Shown piece by piece: positions 53,001 to 62,578 of a DNA stretch of 64,000 nt. Source of the stretch: Octopus sinensis (Eukaryota); assembly GCF_006345805.1 (NCBI RefSeq), contig NC_043008.1:48856001-48920000 (forward strand), in the 5' to 3' direction. Made by a program: the position numbers and the translations under genes. Every line of letters starts with the position of its first letter. Position 1 is the first letter of the stretch. The notes under the pieces are model-generated. The model had not been told where the DNA came from, did no database searches, and saw nothing but the letters and a program-made list of their open reading frames with translations.

Positions 53001-56000
53001 GCATGCCCCTTTGACCCACGAATAGTCAAGAAGGAAGGCGGAAAAATAGATAAATGCAACCCTCCTCCAGCTGTAAAGCCCCTTCACCAGCTATGACGCC
53101 CCTCCCTTCAGCTATGAAGCCCCTTACTCCAGCTATGAGGCCCCTCCCTCCAGCTATGAAGCTCCTCCCTCCAGCTATGAGACTCCTCCCTCCAGGTATG
53201 AGGCCTCTCCCTCCAGCTGTAAAGCCCCCCCTCCAGCTATGAGGCCCCTTCCTCCAGCTATGAGGCCCTGTCCATAGTTATGCTTTTCCCACCAACCCCG
53301 AGCTCCTTTGTGTCTTTTATCCTATTTTATATGATCCCTTTTAAATGTTTTATTCCTTGTAGATGTCATTGGTCTGTCAGGACTAATTACTCCATCTCTT
53401 AGCGAAATGGTTCATGTGGCACAGGAAATGGAGAGAATTGGTCTGAAGATTCCATTGTTGATTGGAGGTGCGACAACATCAAAGTAAGAATTACAGGTGA
53501 TACTACAATACACACACACATACACGCAGTCACATAACACTTTCGCATCACATGCAAACAATTTCTCACATAGACACACACCTACACACACACACACACA
53601 CTATTGTTTTTACCTTTTATACAGGTGACATGAATTGCAATGCTGAATATCTAGATTTTCCATCTAATCCAATATCATTGGTATACCTGTTTATCTGTCT
53701 ATCTATCTGATAATCTATCTATTTACTTATCTACCTACCTATCTGTTTATCTGTCTGCCTGTCCATCTGTCCATCTGTTGCTCTTTCTTGAAATGCATAT
53801 GTGTGTCTGTGTGTCTGTGTGTGTACTTCCAGCCTCACTGGGTAGATTCTATCCAACTGGTTTCAAAAATCAAAATCAAATTCGATGATTGGCGTCCGTG
53901 CTAGTAGGGTGCTAAGAGCACCATCTGAGCGTGATCGTTGCCAGAGCAGCTATCTGGCCTCCATGCCGGTGGCACATAAAAGGCACCATCCAAGCGGGAT
54001 CCTTACCAGCTTCGCCTTACTGGCACCCGTGCCGGTGGCATGTGTAAAAGATTCGAGCGAGGTCATCATCAGGGCCGCCTGACTGGCACGTAAAAGCACC
54101 CACTACACTCTCGGAGTGGTTGACGTTAGGAAGGGCATCCAGCTGTAGAAACTCAGCCAGATCAAGATTGAAGCCTGGTGCAGCCATCTGGTCCACCAGC
54201 CCTCAGCCATACGTCCAACCCATGCTAGCATGGAAAGCAGACGTTAAACGATGATGATGATGATGATTTATAACATTTTTCAGAACCATTTTTGTTTTGA
54301 CAAGAATTCAGTCGATGCATTGAAAGGTGAAACAACTACATTGAACCAGTCTCATGTAAGCCATTTACAAACAGCACACACACACACACACGCACCCCCC
54401 CCACACACACACACACGCACACACTGTAATATTACACGACAGCTTGTGAAGAAATACTATCAATAACTCAGACCTTTACCAATATTCTGTGATAAGAATC
54501 TACAGTTGGTTAAATACACTATTAGTGGCTCATAAACCAATATAATATCAATATTGGACTACAACATGTTAAATATATTATTTATCACACACACACAAAC
54601 ACATTATTAACGACATACACACATACGCACACACAGGTATGTCAAATATACCATTTGCAATACACACATATTGTTATGGTATAATATTTGTACTACTACT
54701 TGTTAGATCTACTGTTAACAATAGACAAACAGAGTATGAAATATCAAAGGTTATTCCATTGTCAATGGAATACGGTGTCTGCTGCAACAAGATTGCTGTA
54801 AATGGACAGCAAAACGAGACTTAATCACCAATAATATAATTATTATTACTAAAGTAAATATAACAGAAAAGATGTGTTTGTTTTAAATGGTTTCCACATT
54901 CTCTGACATGTTTAATGATGTCTTAATATCTCTTAGCATTTGCTTTATAGTGGAATTGTGGTTGACTGGCAAAGTTGTAAGGCTGTTGGATAAGACAACC
55001 TTGTGCCATTTGCTCCAGTTCTCTCTGTTCTGAGTTCAAATCTAACTGAGGTTGTCATTGCTTTTCATCCTTTTGGGGTTCAATAAATACAATACCAGTC
55101 ATATGCTGAGGTTGGTTCTTCTCTCTCTCCCCCCTCTTTCTGTGTGTTTGACTGTCTCTTTCTCTTCTCTCTGTTTCTCTCCTCTCTCTTTCTCTCTGCC
55201 CCCATCTCTCTCTCTTCTCTCCCCTCTCTCTCTGGAAGAAATCAATTATGTTCAGATATGAAGATGTTGGACTTCAGCATATTTAAAACACCCAAGCCCT
55301 GTCCCACCCCTCATTACAATGCCTGTTAATTGCCCTAAGTAACGGAATCCATTATGTTGCAAACAACTGAGATAACGCCTCTTCTCTGTCCCTTTATCTC
55401 AACAGCCCCTGATTCCTATGACAGAAACTCATGAACTGAGCTTCCTTTACTCCTTTCTTTGTCCCCATCAATCTTAGGGGTCATACAAAACTCCTGACCA
55501 AACTCCTACATAACTCTGATTAATTAACTTCTAATATTGTTTATTACATTTAATAAAGTTAATCTCATGAATATTTGCATGTAATTAATTTCAAAATTAT
55601 CGTTTACCATTCCAAAGGCAGCACACAGCCGTGAAGATTTCTCCTGCTTATTCTGGACCCACAATTTATGTTCCAGATGCATCCAAGAGTGTCTTCGTTG
55701 TAAGTGGTTCTTACACCATCATATCACCTTTCATTCTCCAACTTATTTGATTCGTTTGTCTAATTCTTGTAATGTTTCATGTACACCCAAAGGTGTTCAC
55801 ATACACACCTAGATATATATACACACACAAACGCATATACACTCGTCTATACACATCCTCCCTCTCTTACATGCATGCGCTGAACATAGAAGTTCAATTA
55901 CCATATTTTAACGAGTATAACAAACCCTTTTTTGTCAAAAATTAGGTTAAAAAATATGGGAGTTTCTTATACATGGATAGTATTACAATCCCTTACAAAA

Positions 56001-59000
56001 CCTTTTTTTTTTCCAAATTTTAAGCCCTTCCAAATTAGAGGGTTCCTTATACATGTTAAAATATGGCATTACTGAAAATAATAAAGAATTCATTCTTAAT
56101 GTTTGAAACATAAATTAACATGAAATCTTAATGAAATATTTTAATTTAGACTATTTTCAAGCGGGAAGTTAATATCATAGAATAAGGAGCAGTCTCAGAC
56201 AGGTTGATTCCAAAGTGGTTAAGATGTCAGACCTCAGCCTCCTTCATGAACTTTTAGTCTTTAAAGATGAACCCTGTCTGAGATGCCAGAACAAACCTCT
56301 TCCCTCCCAAACGTCTTATTCTACAATTATTAATTAACTAAAATCTATCAACTTTTCATTGATTTCTTCGTTTTGTGATTTAGTTTTCTGCTTTGATGAA
56401 AAAAGATTCTGTAGAAGAATATTTGGAAGAAATTTCTGAAGATTACGATGAAATACGTCAGGATTATTTGGATTCTTTGAAGGTTTGTTTTAAACCATCA
56501 TCATCATCATCATCATCACCACCACCACCACAGCTTCAGTATTAAATAAAAATGGCTCTCCTTTCTTCCTCTCACACCTATTTCCTCCCACCCACCTCTC
56601 CTCTCTTGCTCTGGCACCTACTTCCTCTCTTCACTCCTACCCACCTTCTCCTTTCCACACTCTCCCTTCATTGTCACTCCTCCCTCGTTACCCAACCCCT
56701 ACACATTCCAACCCCATCATCTCTATACATCTCATCCCACCCCACCCCATCCCCTAGACCCCACCCTTTCTTCCCCCACTCTCACCCCTCTACACCCCAA
56801 CACCACCACACCACATCACACCACCACACCACACACCACCATACCACACCACACCACATCACACCACCCTGCGCACACTAGCACTGACCACTTCCCAGCA
56901 CCCACACCATCAGCCACATACCTACACATGCACACGTCAAGGTCACCAACTCTGTCCAAATGCACATGCACGCTCTCACATACGCATGTGCACCTTCATT
57001 TTGGGATCACCCCTACTTTATTATCTCACCTTCTTCCTAGCTCTCCTTTCTGACCCCTCCGTCCAGCATTCACCGTGTTAGATCGCTAGCCACAAAACCT
57101 TTTTCTGTTTTCTCTCCCTGTTTATTTCTGTGTTCCTTTCTGTCGAAGAGCGTAGGCTCGAAACGTAAAAGACTTTCTCACTTCCCGAGCGTTAAACTAA
57201 TACATCTGTTTGTTGTTTACACACCCGTCTTCGTCTTTTGTTATTTTTGTAAATTCTCACTATGTGTGTGTGTGTGCAAGACACACATACGCACAAAATA
57301 CATAAGCATACACTGTACTCATACCAACCTACATATATTTTCAGAATCGTGTTTATCTGAGTTTGAAGGCAGCACAAGAGAAAAAGTTCCAAATAGATTG
57401 GTCTTCGCATCCTCCGGCACGTAAGAATTGTTATTTATCTTTTGAATATCAAATAATTTATTGATTTCTTTGAGACAAGACTTAAAGAGACTTTATTTGT
57501 ATGAATAAGGTGTAAGAGGATTAGATTATACCCCAATATATAACTGGTATAAGGTGTGACATTATTAAGTTAAACCCCAGATTTATCTCTAGATTTATAT
57601 AAGAGAAATTAGATGGAATTTTAGGAAATATTTTGTATACTGGAGAAGTGGAAATAGGAAATGTGAGGGTGGGGTTTGGTTATGAACTCATGGTGCCATC
57701 AACGTTACGAGTTTCCCCCAAATGCACAGCCTACTGTTTTAAAAAAGAAAAAGTTCCCATTAGTTGCTCTAGCTCTGATGAGGTGGTCATGGCTATAAAA
57801 CTCATTGATAATTGATCTATTGGGTCTAGACAACTTCTCACCTTTGGTTAAATAACAACAACAACAGCTTTCAAAACATTTGAATTAAGGGGTTAACCCT
57901 TAATTTGAAAGGGTTAATGAAATATGAAATTTATTCCTCACTGGTCCCTTTTCCCTCTTTGCAGCTCCCCCTACATTCTTTGGAACAAAGAAAATTGTTG
58001 ACTGCAGTTTGGAAGAATTAATGCCGTTCATTGATTGGAAACCATTCTTTGATGTTTGGCAGCTGAAAGGAAAGTACCCAAACCGTGGGTACCCGAAAAT
58101 CTTTAATGACGCCTCAGTTGGTGAGTATTTGTCCTTCATCTGTTATCATAAACAAGGGTCATGTACACACACATAAATGTGTATTACACACACACGCACA
58201 CACATGCACACACACACACATGCACACACACACACACGCACACACACACACACGCACACACACACACACGCACACACGCACACACATCATATATACAAAC
58301 CAACTGACACAAACAGATCTTCTTTCATTCCCTCAACATGTTCTCCTTCAGATTATGAACATAGTACAGTGGTGCCCTCTACCATACTGTGGTCCCTATT
58401 TACAACTGCACTGACTGGGCTACTGACTTGTGCTGACCATGGACAGAGTGCTGTGAACAATATAGACGTGTGAAGTCTTGCTCAGGGCTAGGTGGACGGG
58501 GCTGTTGATAATTAAGTGTCTCCAACAAGGATATAGCAGAATGAACTGTACCCTACTGAGGTACCCCTTACACCTATGTGGATTAATGTTTTGTAAAAGC
58601 TTATCTATGAACAGAATCAAGTACTGTTATAAACAACAACTGGTTGTCTGGCCTGGATCCCTTTGGTACCCTTTAATGCACCCTAAATATTATGTAGTGT
58701 GTTGTAACTCATGGTATCATCATAATGCCCCTCCCCCATCCTGCTCTCCTTCTCCCTTCCTCTCCCGACCCTCTTACTCCTGAGGGTACCAAAAACCAAA
58801 CTCTAACAACCCATGTTCTACTTATATTCATCCGTGGCTGTGTGGTAAGAGGCTTGCTTCCCAGCCCTATAGTTCTGGGTTCAGTTCCACTGCGTGGCAC
58901 CTTGGGCAACTGTCTTCTACTACAGCCTTGTGAGTGGATCTGGTAGATGGAAACTGAAAGAAGCCCATTGTATGTGTGTGCATGCATGTGTAAGCATGTG

Positions 59001-60035
59001 TGTGTATGTTTGTCTTTCTGTTTGTGTTTGTCCCCTCACCTCACTACTTGGCAACCTGTGTTGGTGTGTTTATGTCCCCATAACTTAGCCGTTTGGCAAA
59101 AGAGACTGAGAGAATAAATACCAGGCTTGAAAACCAAAGTCCTGAACTCAATTCATTTGATTAAAAGTTCTTCAAGGCAGTGCCCCAGCATGGTCGCAGT
59201 CTGATGACTGAAACAAGCAAAAAATAAAAGACATACATCACCACCACCACCACCACCACCATATATATATATATATGTATATACATATATATACATGCAA
59301 GTTTTGTGTAGGTGTGTGTCTGATGTGAGGATGATGTGCAATTAATGTGTGTGTATGTTTTGGGATGTGTGTGTTTTACAGGAAAGTGAGGAAAGCAGTC
59401 AATTTAGTGATTAAAGAGATAATTACCATTTTGTTGACTTTCTCTATTGATACAAACTGATAATATGATTAACGAGCTAACTAATGAGATAATTAAGTGA
59501 TTAATGACCTTCTCTCTCGTTCAACACTGATTCCCTCCATCAAAGACCTCCGCCCTCCATGCTGACATTTTCTTGAGATTTCTTCAGCTCTCCCATAATT
59601 TTTCATTAATTAGCAACTTTCTTCGTTATTATTAACTACTTCGTTAAGGTGCCAATCTGACAGAATTGTTAGCACACTGCCGGGCAAAATGCTTAGTGGC
59701 GTTTCGTCCGTCTTTCCATTCTGAGTTTGCAAACTGTTTTGAAATCATTGCAGTTGTTGTTTAGCCCCGGGTCAGTCTTGATTGAGCAACCCATCATAAA
59801 AGACTCTCCAACCATGACTGTTACCTGTTGGTTTCTCATTCATGCTGTATGTATGGCTATGATATCTGAGCTATACATGTCCTCAAAAAGACGATAGAGC
59901 AGGTACAGGTGTAGCTGTGTGGTTCCGGGTCCAGTTATATGTGTGAAACCTTGGACAAATGTCTTCCTCTATAGCTTAGGGCTGACCCAAGACTTGTGAG
60001 TGGCTTTGGCAGATGGAAACTGAAAGAAGCCCGTC

Positions 60036-60093
<58 letters not shown>

Positions 60094-62500
60094 GTGTATT
60101 GTTGTTTTTGTTGCTTATGTCCAATTCAGTGTTGATTTAGCTAATTAAAGATATTCCGGGCATGACCATCAAATCTGAAACAGATTCCTTTCGAGCAGGC
60201 CTCATGGAAGCAAAGTGGCCAAGCCCCTTTCAAGTGTTGGTCCTCATGGAGGCAGTGACCAAGACCTTTGGCATTATGGCGTGCTTGAGAAGAAGACCCA
60301 CCAAGCTGAGCAAACTGGCATGGCAGATACTGGTGTCACGCAAATGTCACCCATGTAAAAGCACTCATTATACTCTCAGAGTGGTTGGCATTAGGAAGGG
60401 TATCCAACCATAGAAAATCATGCCAAATCAGACAGGAACCTGGCGTGGCCTTTCAGCATGTCAGCCCAGTCAAGCCGCCCAACCCATGCCAGCATGGACA
60501 ACGGACTTTAAATGAGGATGATGATGATGATGATGATAGTGATGATGATGATATGAACATTAAAATGTTTACAAAGTAGAAAAAAATTACCCTCATGATA
60601 ATTTATTAATCATAATCTCGTTATACATCCCCCCCCACCTGCTTTAATTCTTTATTGTTAATGAACAAAAAGTGATGTTTATAATTATGTTGTTATCATC
60701 AGGAACAATGGCCAAGAAATTATTTGACGATGCTCAAGAATTGCTGAAGAAAATCATTGAAGAAAAGTCTTTGAAAGCGAATGGTGTTTTTGGCTTTTAC
60801 CGTGCCAATTCCAATGGGGACGATATTGAAATTTATGATGAGAACAGAAAAGTTATTGCAGTCTTTTATGGCTTAAGACAACAGGTGAGTGGCATGGGTG
60901 GGTTGACGTATGTGTGTTTAAGTGCCAGTGCCATGTGAGGAGCACTTCCACTAGTGCCACATAAAGAGCACTCATGCTGGCCCCTCGTAAAAAAGCTCCT
61001 AACTCTACTGGTAACAAAGGGCCTCTCGCTCAGAGGGAAAGGTAGACCGTATGATGCATGTGTGCTAACTGCCATGCTACATGGCAGTGAAACATGGACT
61101 ATGACTGGTGAGGATATGTGTAGGCTTGCAAGGAATGAAGCTAGTGTGCTCTGCTGGATGCGTAATGTCAGTGTGCATACGTGACAGAGTGTAAGTGCCC
61201 TGAGAGAAAAGTTGGACATAAGAAGCATCAGATGTGGTTGCAAGAGAAACGACTGCACTGGTATGGTCATGTGTTACGTATGGATGAGGACAGCTGTGTG
61301 AAGAAGTGTCACACCCTAGCAGTTGAGGGAACCTGTGGAAGAAGTAGATCCAGGAAAACATGGGATGAGGTGGTGAAGCATGATCTTTGAATGTTGGGCT
61401 TTACAACGGCAATGCCAAGCAACCAAGCTGGGGCCTTGTAGAGCTTTAGGTGTTTTCTCTCAATAAACACTCACAATGTCTGGTCTGAGAATTGAAATTG
61501 CGATCCTATGACTGCGAGTCCACTGCCCTAATCACTGGGCCATTGTGCCTCCATGTATATACATATATATATATACATATGCATGCACTATAATCTTCTG
61601 TACAGTTTTCAAATTGTACCAAATTCTACTTGCAAAGTATCAAATAATCCAAGACTAAAATGGTTAATCACGGTTCCTCACAGTGGAATTGAACCCAGAA
61701 CAATTTGATTGTGAAATTAACTTCTTCAACACACGGCTACCCCCATCTATTTATGTATATATATATATACATACCTATAATATATATGCATGTGCAACTT
61801 GTGTATATACTTATATATGCTTAATATACACATCAACATTATGAAATGGCATTTATTTCCATTCATTAAACTAAACCCATCCAATTTTGATAACTTGCAA
61901 TAAAACTGTTCCCTTTATTACGCCCTTGTTTCTTTCTGTATTAAAAGGAGCAAGGGGATAAGGTGGGGCCTTAAAAGCTATTTATGGTTATGCCTCCACC
62001 TTAACTTTCGGTTTTTATTTCTTCTCTCATAATTATGTTAATAAGCTATTGAGGAAATGAAAGCAAAACAAAAATGTTTGAAAAAATTTTAAGACTATGA
62101 ACAAAAATAAAATTCTGGAAAATGATGAAAATAATTAAAGTTTATTATTTAAACGATAATGTCAAAGAAATATATATTTCACTCTTTTTATCTGTCTTTT
62201 ATATATTTTTTTAATTTTGTTTGCGTCTTTAAAATATAATTTTTATAAATGATTGTTTTGAAAATGTTTTCATGACGATAACAAACTAATTTTATCAAAG
62301 ATAATTAACTTTATCTAAATTTCCTACCTTCTGAGGGGAGCGGGGGGTGTTGATGGCTGCGGGGGATGTGAAGTGAGGTTTCAGGGGATAATTTCTGCTA
62401 ATTAAATTGTTTCATTTGCTCTGCTTCACTTAACGACATGTTTTACAAACAGCAATTGCTCGGCTTTTTAAAAACAATTTGTTACAATCTCATCTCTTTT

Positions 62501-62578
<78 letters not shown>

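Noticed and set aside
53393-53415. SLSEM instead of the usual SLDEM in the B12 domain
   Set aside because: The triad Ser (ITPS) is intact and this position varies among MetH homologues as far as I recall
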